DNA of 64,000 nucleotides from Peribolospora baueri. Taxonomy: Eukaryota. Where the stretch lies: the NCBI GenBank assembly GCA_029717555.1, contig JAMDHS010000007.1, positions 186,001-250,000 on the forward strand, written 5' to 3'. The first letter of the stretch is position 1, and every line of letters begins with the position of its first letter. Positions 39,670-56,200 of this stretch are shown here, piece after piece. The position numbers and the translations under genes are program-made. Under the pieces are notes generated by a model. That model saw only the letters and a program-made list of their open reading frames with translations, searched no databases and was not told where the DNA came from.

Positions 39670-40137
39670 TTAGGCGGCGTTGATGGGCGTGCAGCCGGTC
39701 TGGATGAGACCGTTCTGGCTCTGACCCGTGCAGCAGACGGCGTTGGCCTGAAAAAGAACGAAGAGATGGATGATGAGCGAGGAAAAGGAGCAACAACGAA
39801 CCGACCTGAGAGGGCTCACCTTGCAGTTGTTGGTGATGGGCACACCGATGAGGACACCGACGGGAATGCACTGGGCACCAATGTGGCCGGCAACGTTGTC
39901 GATGGGGCCGAGGAGGCTGTTGAGGGACGCAATGGTGTGGGCGTCGTTGGTGGTGGTCTGACAGCACTGGGCGGAACCAGTCGAGCAGACGTTGCCGCGC
40001 TCGTAGATGGAGACAGCGGAGACAGCGCCAGCGAAGGCGGCGAGAACAGTGAAGACGGCGGTGAACTGTGGGGGCAACGAAGAAGGGTGAGCACGAGGAG
40101 GGGAGAGGAAACAGGAAGGAAAGCGACGCACCTGCAT
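39670..40137 (-). CDS. Class I hydrophobin
   Basis: Exons 40137-40132, 40065-39820 and 39747-39670 give a signal peptide plus the C-CC-C-C-CC-C eight-cysteine pattern (VCSTGSAQCCQ...AQCIP...NNCK|ANAVCC...NGLIQTGCTPIN). Confidence 0.95.
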   Translation of the reverse strand: MQVRRFPSCFLSPPRAHPSSLPPQFTAVFTVLAAFAGAVSAVSIYERGNVCSTGSAQCCQTTTNDAHTIASLNSLLGPIDNVAGHIGAQCIPVGVLIGVPITNNCKVSPLRSVRCCSFSSLIIHLFVLFQANAVCCTGQSQNGLIQTGCTPINAA

Positions 40138-40276
40138 TGTGAGTGTGTGTAAGAGTGTTAAACCTCGAAAGGATTAATAGAAGTGAAAAGAGGTAGGTAG
40201 AGTAGTAAAGGTAGTAGAGAGAAAGAGTGAGGAGATGTGATGAGGGAACAGCAAGACGGGGCCTGGAAGGGCCGGT

Positions 40277-40283
40277 TCTTATA
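40277..40283 (-). promoter_or_regulatory. Probable TATA box of the hydrophobin gene (TATAAGA)
   Basis: TATAAGA ~140 nt upstream of the ATG, followed by a CT-rich tract. Confidence 0.5.
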
Positions 40284-41557
40284 GACGAGAAGGGGGCTCG
40301 GAGCAGGCGGACGTGGGAGTGGGTGTATGCGCCGCCGTCAGGGCGAGCCAAGGGCGGAGGGAGGACGTGCGCGCCTGTACTCTCCGTCAGGAGCGCAGAG
40401 AGGGGAGAGGAGGGAAGGTCAGGGGACGGGCGACATGACATGGCCCTAGCGAGCGTATTCCTAGACCGGGCGAATAGCGTAGGTGTTGGCCGACACGTCC
40501 AAGCGCATAGCTTAGCAAGCAAGCAAGCATGCGCATAGCACTCCTACTCCACCGGAAGGCATGTCCTGTGTGTATCTAGTTTCGCAGACGAGAAACACTC
40601 CGATCCCGTCCCCGTCCCCGTCCCCGGTCGCCCGTTCTCCCTCCGTCGGCCGGGTCGCGTGGGTATGTCCCACCGGGGGGGAGCTGAAGGTGAACTGGGT
40701 CCGAGGAACAGACGAGGTGTTGTGTACGGATATGGGACGGACGGAGGCGGTGGAATCCGATCCGATGCGAGAGAGATGGCCGGTGCAGGAGGGCCCTGGC
40801 TGGAGGGGCATGGACATGGACCAACCGGCGGTCGGCTTGCTGGATGGATGGACGGGGCTCGGAGAGAAATTGCCCGTCGGAATCTGAGCTTGGCCCAAGG
40901 CCCTACCTGACTCCTGACTTTGGGGTGCCATCGCTCATCGCTCGCTTGTCTTCGCCGCGTCGACGCATCCGATTGGCTGTGCGAGGCGTGCAAGGAAGGA
41001 GGAAGGAAGGAAAGAAAGAAAGGTAGCACAGCAAGCCCACCGGCGCGACTCCTGGCTAGCGAGCGATGCGTCACTGAGCCTGTCTTTGTCTGCGCGCGTG
41101 TGTGTGTGAGCGGAGAGGCGGGCCAGGCACGTGGCAGGGAATGCAAGGCAGCGGTCAGAGGAGCGAATCTGTTCCATCCGATGCGGCGCGCTCCGGCGGA
41201 GCGGAGAGAGAGAAAGACAGGCGAACAAGCAAGCAAGCAAGCAAAAGCAAGGATGAGACGCGACACAACTGCGGCACACGCGTGCGGGGGGGCGGGCTAC
41301 GCGCATAGTATGAATGAGCGGGGCGGGAAGGGGGCGGGGCGCGTCGATCCTCGTCGTCGCGGCCACATTCCATGGCCGTCGACGGATTCGTTCATGTCCA
41401 TTCATTCGTCTGACCTGCTCGACGGACGGATATCGACGGATATCGGCGGTCGACGGTTGACAGTGCGAGAGAGACAGACAGACAGACAGAGACAAACGAC
41501 AGAGACGAAGGAGGCAATGGATCGTCCAATGCGCCAGACCTGCTTGCTGGCCCCAGC

Positions 41558-46286
<4,729 letters not shown>

Positions 46287-46567
46287 GCTGGAGAGCGACG
46301 GCGGCGGTGTTGGTCGAGAGTGAGAAGAATTGAAGGTCGCCGCCGATCAGACGAAGCTCGTGCGAGTTGCGGCTCACCCAACCGGGTCCCATTCGGCCGG
46401 TGATGCGGGGTAAAAGGAGCCCCCGGGCTCGGCAAGGGCAGTCAGCATCCACCGTTCCCCCACCATCCCCACGTCTTCTAGGAAGATCAGATCATCGGGC
46501 AGAGCCGCCTTCTCCATTCCCTTCCACTGGCTTACTCGCCAGCGCGTTCCCTCTTCTCGTCGGCACT

Positions 46568-48445
46568 ATGACTGGCGGGCAAGGAAAAAAGATTGGGGGC
46601 GAGTACGGCTCGCTCAGGTGAGCCTTTGGACTTTTCTGTGGGACGCCGGCCGGACCTCGCCTGTCCTCTCGGCTCAGATCGTAAGCACACTCCTTTCCAC
46701 CTCTCAGGCAAGGCATAGACGTAGACAAGCTTAATGCGTATCTGAAAGGTCAGTCAGGGCTGTGTTTCTTCCGCAAAGAGCGAGCGCGGCTGACGATGGG
46801 TGCGACTTGGGACTTGACCCTTTCGTGCATGGCCTTGCCTCAGCCGAGGTTCCCGACGTCAAGACGCCTGTTCAGGTGCAGCAGTTCAAATACGGCCAGA
46901 GCAATCCGACCTACTTTCTGACCGACTCCACGTGAGTTCTTGCTCTGAAGCTCGCTCCTTGATGTCTGTCTGTCAGTGCTTACACGTCATCGCCGTCATG
47001 CCCTCAGCGGCACCCGCTTCGTCCTTCGCAAGAAGCCCCCGGGGGCGCTCCTCTCCGCAACTGCACACGCCGTCGAGCGCGAGTACCGTATCATATCCGC
47101 CCTCAACGTGCACAACTCTCGCTGCTCGTCGCCTGGCGATGTCGTGCCAGTGCCCAGGACCTACTGCCTGTGCACCGACAAGGAGGTACTCGGTACGCCG
47201 TTCTACATCATGGAATTTGTGGAAGGAAGGATTTTTGCAGACGTGAGGATGCTGCAGTTGAAGAAGGAAGAGAGGAGACAGTGGTGGGTCTTCTCTTGTG
47301 CCTGGTCCCGCGTCGTCCTTTCCTCCCCTTTGCCTGAAGATGGCCGCGTTTCTTCCCTCCTGCACTGTGCACAGCTGGTACTCCGCTCTCCGAGTGCTTG
47401 GCGCGCTGCACCGCATCCATCCCTCCTCCATCTCCCTCGACACCTACGGCCCCCCGAAAGACTTCTACGCCCGCCAGCTCCGCTCTCTCTCCAGAGTTTC
47501 CAAAGCTCAAGCCGCGACGAAGGACGACAAGACGGGGCGAGAGGTGGGCGACATCCCCGACTTCGGTGGCCTCGTCGGTTGGTTCGGCAAGAATTTGCCT
47601 AAGGACGAGACGACTATCGTTCATGGGGACTACAAGATCGATAATTTGGTGAGTCTACGATAACTCTGCGCGGACAGCTTTCTTTGCCTGACACCCTGAG
47701 CCCCGGGCAACCTTCGTCGCCCATCACAGATTTTCCATCCGACCGAACCGCGCGTGATCGCCCTCCTCGATTGGGAGCTTTCGACGCTAGGCCATCCGCT
47801 CTCCGACCTAGCCAACCTCCTCCAGCCCTTCTCGTCTCCTTGCCCGGACGAGTCCCTGCTCGAAGACCCTTCGCTCCGGAAGAAGTCGCTGATCATGGGC
47901 CTTGGAAACGTCGATCCTCGAAAGCTGCCCATTCCGGGCAAGGAGGAGTGCATGGAGGTTTATTGCGAAAGGGCTGGGAGGCCTTTCCCCATCGAAAGGT
48001 GGACGTTCTGTGAAGCCTGGGCTTGGTTCAGGGTAAGCAACGAGGTGTCCCGGCTCTCCCATCTACCCGTTTGCCCGTCGGTTTTGTTCTGTGCCTCCCT
48101 GACGACGCGCGTTCTCAACCACACACCCTCATTCCCCTGTTGGACCATATAGCTCGGTGTCATCGCCCAAGGCATTGCAGCTCGGTCTGCGCGCGGACAG
48201 GTAAGGATCACTGTGCGGACGAACGGGTATCCTTCGGTTCGATGTCCGACGGCCCTCGGTCCAGTCGTCAAGCCTTTGCTAAATCCCTAATCACCCTTCC
48301 CGCCTTTGCTTTTGGACTTTCCTTCCTTTACCAGGCCTCGTCCGCGGAGGCCCAGGAATACGGCAGCAAGTTCCACGCTTGTGGCGAAATGGCCAAGGAG
48401 ATCATCGAGCGCGAGGTCCCCGCTTCGGCCAAGGCCAAGCTCTGA
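46568..48445 (+). CDS. APH-family phosphotransferase (stand-alone ACAD10/11 kinase-like domain) with PTS1
   Basis: QFKYGQSNPTYFL, VLRKKPPG, AHAVEREY, LGTPFYIMEFVEGRIF, HGDYKIDNL, LDWELSTLGHPLSDLANL, IAQGIAARSARGQASS, ending in -AKL*. Confidence 0.9.
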
Positions 48446-48906
48446 AAACGGGGCGGGTCGGATTGGGTAACCGTCACCCAAGCGGCGGGTCGCACCCGTC
48501 TTACGCATGTGGTATCCCTCGAGACTCGGGAGAAGGGGCGGCCGGTGGTTTTTATTTCTCTTTTCTTTAAAGAACTCTTCTCGGCGGATGAGGGAATGAG
48601 CTCATAGCATGTTATTTTTCCGCGTCGAGAATCTCATCTCATCTCGTTCACCCATGACCTCCGCGGTCCGTGATTGCCATACGGGTAGGCCATTTGCCAA
48701 GATGGTCGGGCCGCTCGACGGAGGGTGAGGAGCGATTGGGTCTTCCAAGTCGCCCCCGCCCACGCGTAAAGTATTTTCCCTGGGAAAGAGGAGAGGGTCA
48801 GGAACGCAGACGGACCGAGGGCGAGGAAGGGCGAGCACAGCGAAGAGACTCGGCCATACGAGAGCAGGAGAGACGTAGAGCGCGTCGAGAGGATGTGGGA
48901 AGAAGA

Positions 48907-49124
48907 GGTTGTGGATCGGACGACGGAGGAATGACTGGCAAACAAACGCCGCCTTCTCTCGTCTTTGACTGGCGAACAAACGCCTTCTTCTCTCGTCTTT
49001 GGCCCATCCATCATCATCATCCGAGCCTTTGCTTGCTGTAGTCACAGGTCACCACCCGATGGCCACGTCCGTCATCCCGGGGCGCAAGGACGGACGGGCT
49101 CAGGCTTCCCGACCTCCCGTAAGT
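48907..49124 (-). ncRNA. Candidate box H/ACA snoRNA
   Basis: Layout is hairpin, box H ACAGCA (49039-49034), hairpin, then ACA (48912-48910) plus 3 nt. The stems were paired by eye. TATAAGA lies ~77 nt upstream (49206-49200). No homology search was done. Confidence 0.45.
48933..49000. repeat. Tandem duplication of a 34-bp unit (2 copies, 3 mismatches)
   Basis: gactggcaaacaaacgccgccttctctcgtcttt / gactggcgaacaaacgccttcttctctcgtcttt. Confidence 0.9.
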
Positions 49125-49430
49125 AGAAGGAAACGGCCGGGGCCGGGCCGGGGGTTAACGTAACGTTCGACGTCGACGTTGTCGGTCGTCGGGGGAATTT
49201 CTTATACAGACAGACGTGTGCGAAAGCGAGAAAAAAAAGCAAGAAAGAGATCGTACCGTCCCAACGTATGAAAAGATCGAAGCGCTTCGAGCATGGAAGT
49301 GAAACAGGGAAAGAGGAAAAAAATGAAGACGGAGGTTGTTCGAGGAACCATCCCAAACCGTTCGAGCCGCAAGGGTGACTGAGGAAGAATCAAAACACGC
49401 AAAAAAAAAAAGGAAACGAGAGAAATGGAA

Positions 49431-52400
49431 TCACTCCTCCTCCACCGACTCCCCCTTCCTCCCTCCAACTTTGAAGGCGCCCTTGACAGGCAGCCCGCGC
49501 AGACCCAGTTCCCCCAGCCCGTCGTTCTGAATCAATACTTTGGCCTTGCCCTCTACGCCGGCCAAGGCGCCGTCGGAGCCGAAGAGGACCTTTCCGGCGA
49601 ACCGACGGAACACGGGTCCACGACCAGCGAGGACGTTGAACGGGATGTCCTTGAGCTCGGCCCGCATGAGGGTCACGCCGGGGCGGTCCGCGGGACGCAA
49701 AGTGGTGGCGGGCACGTAATTGGAAGGACGGAGGCGAGCGAAGGCGTTCGGAGGGATTGGATGCGGGAGGTCGTCGTCGCCGTCGTCGTTTGTTCGCATG
49801 GACGGGAGCAAGAGCTTACGAGACGATTTGGGCCTCATGCTCGGCGGGTAACCGTTGTCTGTGAATGAATGAACGCACGAGGCCCGAGGCGGAGGAGGCG
49901 TAAGCAGCAGGACTTGCTGAAGAACACAACGGAACACGGCGGACCAACGCATCGAAGGACGCGGAGCTCGGTACTTACAGACGAGAATGTCAGGCCAGAT
50001 CGCGGTGATATCGACCTTGATGGACTGAAGCTCGTCGGGAAGGTTCAGCTCGCCAACGATGGTACCCTTGTGAGGTGGGCGATAAAGACACGAAGAAGAC
50101 GCCGCCGGAAGGAGGAGCCGGGTGGAAACGAAGGGAGCGTAGGAAAGAAGGAGGCGAGAGAAGGTGGGTTAAACGCCGATTGTCGAAAGAAGGTGGAAAC
50201 TGATAAGGCGGTACAAGCCTGAAACACAGGACACACTCACACTGCACAGCAACTTGTCCTCCTCAAGCGGATGAGGCGTGATCTTCATGTCCTCGATCAC
50301 GATATCCTATCGCGCAAGGGAGTTGCGGGGAGACAGACGCGAAGGGCAGAGTTCCGGACGGATCGAATTCGGCGTCAGCACGCCATCGAATGGCCTTTGA
50401 AGGCGGAGCTCCACATGGTCGCCCATACCATCTCTCCTAAGAGAATCGTTTCGGCAGTCTTCACGTCAAGAGAGCAACGCGCTTAAAGGCTCACCTTGAG
50501 CAACTCGGTCCTACTCGTACCGGGGAAGCTAACTGCCAACTCGACCTCGCTGAGCATCTCGTCCATCCAGCTGGGCGTCGGCTCCGTCCGAGCCTGGTCC
50601 TCCGGCCGAGCAGGAAGCTTGGGAGGCATCTCCGGCCTCGTTCCCCGTCCACCTCCTCTGACGTAGACGCGGTTCGCTTGACCGCGCAGGAAGCGGGAAA
50701 GAAAGCTTGATAGCGCCGCGTCGGCGGGGCTACGGCTGGCGGCGGATACGGCGGGGTGCTGGTGCGCGTCGGGTTTGGTGCTAGTGGAGAACGAATCTGC
50801 GTTCCCGAGCGCCGAGGACGGGAGAGCTGCTGGTACCGAAGCGAAGACGAGCTGCGCCGTGTCGAGAGCTGTATCTAGCACGGGCGATGCACCCTCCTTC
50901 CCGTAGTCGTTGGAGAAGGCAGAGAGTTGTGCACGAGCTGCATCAGGCGGTAACACCCTCCCCTCCAATCTGAGCGTGATGTTGGCGCCCCCGTCCAAAA
51001 TGACGGGCTGAGTACGCACAAGCGCCATGAGGACCTTGTCCTCTTCCTTGAAGGGAAGCAGCTTCTCCGTTGCCACTGCGCCCGTTCCTTCCTCCTTCGG
51101 CACGGGAAGCCAGATGCCGAATGGGAAACGGAAGGGGAGAGAGGCGCGCAGGAACGGCAATGGGTTGGGAGCAGTGGCGAGCGCTCGGATGCCGAGCACG
51201 GGCGCCGGGTCTTCGTGCGGAGTGATCTGGTCATCACTGGAGAACGAGGGAGAGGAGTGCTCTAGTTGGAAAAACTCGTAATGTGAGAGATGTACGATGT
51301 CAGAGCCGGTGCGATTTTTGCTGTTATCGACGGGTACTGTAGACGGTGAGGAAAGGCGAGAAAAGAGGGGTAACAAAGACGTTGGACGTTGGCGAGTCTT
51401 CTTGCAGGACAGGCGCACGAAGGATGAAGCAATCGCCAGGAACTCACTCTTCTTTTCTACGGGAACCAGCACGTCTCTTTCCGTGACGTCCACCAGCCTG
51501 GTCAAGTCCCACCAATGCTTCTGCTCACTCGGTTTCCTCCCAGTCGTCCCCCCAGTCTCGGTGCCGTCGTTACGCATATCCTCGTCGGACATCCCCTCTA
51601 TGTGAAGAGAGGAGACGGACACGTGGAGTCGCAGCACTCGCGCTTCGTAAGCGCTCATGGCGTAGTCGGACAATGTTCGGGCAGGGGCGACAGGCCGAGC
51701 GAGGAGGGTGAGGTTGAGGCGGTGGAGGTCAGGGGTGGAGAGCGGCACGACGACGGGGTCCACATGGGCGGCCAACAAAGCAATGGGTGGCGGCCGGGCC
51801 CGGACGCCATCGTCCGCCTTGGAAGGGGTTTCTTGAGCGTCGGAAACGGACGAAACGAGGGCGGGAAGAGGGTCGTCCGCCAGTTGGGGTTGAGGCATAA
51901 CGAACACGTCCCCGAGCTCTATCCTCACACCCTTGACCTTCTTGACTCCCCAACCGACGATTCGTCTCTTGAAGCCATTCCCTCCGAGCCAAACGTCCAG
52001 CGCAGCATCCACATCCACCTTGACCCTGCCTTCGAGACGGAGCAGCACGCCGTCGTCGTCGACGCGGAGTACCTGCACCCCATCGGGCCCTTTGAGCGTG
52101 ACGGCACGCTGGAACATGGCGGAGCGCACCTCTGCAGAGGGGGAAGACAGCGCAGAGACGTACTGCTGCAGGGTAACGAAAACAAGGATGATACCAAGGA
52201 GGAGGAGAAGAAGCACGCCTGCGAAACAGGTCCTCCGACCGACGTAGCGACGGAGTAGGTTCCCGCCGGGCTTGGGAGGTCCGTTGACATCGTCGTCCTC
52301 ATCCTCCTCGTCGGCGGGCGTAACGGGCCCATGCTCGCGAGTGCCATGCGCATTGGCCTCGCGAACGTGCGCGGAAGTGCGACGACCGAAGGGTAGCTGG

Positions 52401-52675
52401 ATAGACGAAGCGAAGCGAGTGACGCGACGTTGCCAACGAACGAGGGCGCTCTGACCGTGGAGGCCATCGTCGTCGCCGTCGTCGTCGTCGTTGTCGTGCA
52501 CAGCGCCGCCTCGCTCGAGCAAGCTGCTCGACGGATCGTCGCTCTCGGCCGCTGGCCACGTCGCATCATAGTCATGACCCTGGGGGCCGTGAGGCAGTGC
52601 CGAGGGGGAGCTCGCGACCTGGTTATCATGCGATGGCAGGCCGCCGCCGCCCTCTGCGGGAGCGGTGGTGCTCAT
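49431..52675 (-). CDS. Single-pass membrane protein, Tag1/DUF3712-like conserved fungal hypothetical
   Basis: Disordered N-terminus, one TM (FAGVLLLLLLGIILVFV), and beta-rich lumenal repeats. Motifs ALSSFLSRFLRGQANRVYVRG, VSFPG, VDITAIWPDILV|F and PPNAFARLRP. Canonical introns. Confidence 0.6.
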
Positions 52676-53259
52676 CGTGGCGCGAGCGGTGGGTGATGGG
52701 CGGGGCGTTGCTTGCTTCTCTTCTGCGCGCGCGACGCCTAGGAGCAATTGATGGGAAGAGAAGTGGCCGACCAGAAGGATGTGCGCCTCGTTCGTCCGTC
52801 CGTCGTCGTGGTCGTGGTCGTGGTCGTGTCTTGCTTGGACGCGAAAGGGGTTCTGTTCTTGTCCCAGTCCACCCGGCCGGCGGCGATCGCGATGTGTGCG
52901 TGGGCGCCCGCTTACATAACCCGTTTGCCACGTGGACTTGCCGACCCGTGCCGAGGCACCCCGACTAGCCGATAGCCGGGCCGATCGCGAACATGCGCGG
53001 GCGAGGAAAGGAGAGAAAGAGAGGGAGATGATCGAGGACGACTTTCGAGAACGTTCTCATCTCCTCCTCCATCACCATCGCCATCTTCCAGCGCTCGTCT
53101 AGGCACCCACCTCGCAGTCGAGAGAGCAAAGAGAGATAGGGCCGGCGCCGACTTGTCTTCGATTTGTCTTCCAGCTCTCCACGGCGAGAAAGAGAGAGAG
53201 ATAAAGGAAGAAAGGAAGGAAGGAGAGGACGCAAGGCGACTCGCGTACATCCCCGCACC

Positions 53260-56200
53260 ATGGCCAACCAATCGCTCACCCACCGCGTCCTCATCGCCTC
53301 CCTCTATCTCCCCGACACCGTCGTCTTCACCCACCCCGGCCTCGCAGATGCCAGCCCCGGGGCCGCCGCCGCCACCGCGCGGGGGCCCAAGGCCCCCTCT
53401 CCCAAGCCCGATGCCCGCCAGCCAGGTGCAACGCAAGCGACTCCGAGGCAAGTGATCAATCCCGCGCAGAGCTACTTCTCCTCGGTCAATACGGAGATCC
53501 CTAACCCGCACGCCAGCGCGCCCAGGAGCAGGAAGAGCAGCGGCACCTGGGATCGGCCGAATGTGTCCAGCGCTCCCGGCGGCACGCCCGGCTCGACGAC
53601 GCCTGGTGGCCGGCAGAACATGATCGCTGCGCTGGCGCCGATCAGCATCATCGATGACTTGACAAGCAAGGTGAGTTTCAGCGTCAACTTGCCCCATGTA
53701 TGGCCCCCTTTGGCTCTGCGCCATCACTGACCCTTGTCGCTTTTTCTTTCCATCTGCTGCCTCTCTTCGCAGTCCAAGATTAACACTCCATCCCCGTCGA
53801 CACCCGGTGAAGAGGGCGCCATCGCTCCAATGACGCCCGCTGTCGTACCCCCCTCTTCTGCAGCTTCTTCTCTCTTCCCCCTGTCCCGCGCTTCCTCCGA
53901 CGGTCCCGGCTCGGCAGCGGGTGCAGGCGCTGCCGCTGGCGCGACAGGGCTGCCCACGAGCTCGGGCGGCGGAGCACAGCCCAGAACGTCCCTCGAACGC
54001 TCCCGCTCCTTCCAACCCATGCCCGACTCGCAGATTCGGAATCTCACAATGTCTCGCGTGGCTTCTGACTCTACCAAGAAGGCACCCAGTGCTATCCCAG
54101 GTATACCAGGCGTCAACGGCAGTGGTGGCACCGGTCCCGGTAGCGTCACTCCTTCCCCTCTATCCTCTGCCCATGGAGGCGGCACCAGGGACGTTACCGG
54201 GATGGCAGGTATTGGCTCGAACACGAACATCACCACCGCAACAACCGCCTCAAGCATCGCCGCCAGTCCTCTTACTCTGAACATCTCCGCCTCCACGCCC
54301 GAGAGCTCTTCCCCGCATCCTCGTCCCGTCTCGGCAGAGTCAAAGTCCGCTGGCGGCAGCGTCAACAGTCCGAGTGGAACCAGCGGCAGAAGGTTCGGTC
54401 GCCCCCCATCCTCCACCTCCTCTTCGAGCCTCTCTCATCGTCGGAGCAGGTCGTCCTATCGCTCCGCTCGCCGCTCCCGTAGTCGGGACGATCACGGCCT
54501 AAACGGGGGCGCGGGGCCGAGTAGGAAGCTACGCTCTTCAGGGAGGCACAGCAGCGTATCCTCCAGGGGAACCGTCGACACCCTTGAAGGAGCGGACGCG
54601 CTCTCGTTGCCGGAAGCGGACGGACAGCGAGCCGAGGAGGTCGGCTGGGATTGGGAGTGGCACATTGCACCGAACCCGGCCGGCAACGTGGGTCTTCAGA
54701 ATGCCGTGAACGCCGTAAAGGGTAAACTGCGAGAGAACGTCTGGATCGGCACATTGGGCGTGGAGACAGATGAGTGGGACGCAGAGCTGATGGGCGATGT
54801 GGAGAAGTCCTTATGGGAGCGGAGGAGCAGCGTGCCCGTGCTCGTCGATGCAGAGACATGGCGTGGTGCTTACGACGTCTGGTGCAAGCAGGTGTGTTGC
54901 TTTAGACATGTCGACTTCTACGGAAGGGGGTGCAGCGGGCGGGTGACTGACTTGGAACATTTCGTCGTCTCGTACCTTCTGACTACGTTCATATCTGGCA
55001 GATTGCTTGGCCTACCTTCCACTATACCATTCCCGACGTGCCTAAGAGCACTGCTGTGAGTGTTCCGGATTTATTCATCGTCCTCTGATCCTCGTTTCCA
55101 TCCTCGGGACTGGTACTTACCGCTCTCTATACCGCCTGACACCTTCCCCTCCCTCTCGTTGCCTACTTGCTTGCATGCCCGTAGGCTTTAGCCACAGATG
55201 CGTTCGAAAGGTATGAGAAGCTGAACAGGGCATTCGCAGACAAAATCATTGCGACCTATCGAAATGGAGACATCGGTGAGTTTAGCCGTCCCCGTTTGAG
55301 CGTTTCACACCAAGCTCTCTTTCCCTCGGTATGATGTTGAGGAGCGATCGACTTACATACACGCGCCTATCCTATCCATGCACGTTAACTAGTGTGGGTG
55401 AACGATTACCACCTCCTTCTCGTCCCTCGCATGGTGCGCGAGGCCCTTCCCCACGCCATCATCGGCTTCTTCTTGCACATCGCCTTCCCTAGCTCGGAGA
55501 TCTTCCGATGTCTTCCTGGTGAGTCCAACCTTCGCTCCATTCAGACTTTGGTAGTACCATGCTGCTCTTGTGCACTTCCACTCATCACCCCTCTTTCTTC
55601 CACTTCCGCTCCTTGTCTTTTCGTGAAAGGCCGGGCCACCATCCTGCATGGCATGCTAGGTTCAGACACAATCGGCTTCCAAACGACATCCTTCGCGCGA
55701 CATTTCCGCCAAACCGTAAGCCGAATCCTCCAGCTCGAAGCCACTCCCAAAGGAATCCAGCTGGACGAACGCTTCGTGCACGTCGGGGCCTTCCCGATCG
55801 GGATCGACTTTGAAGGGTTGAAGATGAAGAGGGCCGAACCAGAGGTGCAAGAGTGCGTGGAGTTTCTGAGGGAGAGGTATGCGGGGAAGAAGTTGATCGT
55901 GGGCAGGGACAAGCTGGATTGGGTCAAAGGTGTTCGACAAAAGCTGCTCGCTTTTGAACTGTTCTTGGAGGAGAATCCCGAGTTTCAAGGGGAGGTGAGT
56001 TTTGTTTTTTCTGGATCTTTGCATGACGATATATTGGAGTTTGGACCTCGGTTTGATTTCCTCACCCTCACTCACTCCACGCCTTCGGTCTTTGCCTTCG
56101 CCAAGGTCGTGCTCGTCCAAGTGGCCATTGCGACGACGGAGGAGAACGAGAAAGGCGGAGAGGTATCCGATGTGGTGGCTCGTATCAATCACAAGTTCTC

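Noticed and set aside
48600..49200. Structured region as U1, U3, snR30/U17, SRP RNA, RNase P/MRP or telomerase RNA
   Set aside because: The diagnostic motifs were not found by eye: ACUUACCU, U3 boxes, m1/m2, SRP helix 8, P4 consensus and a telomeric template. The 5' ACUUACGG only superficially resembles U1.
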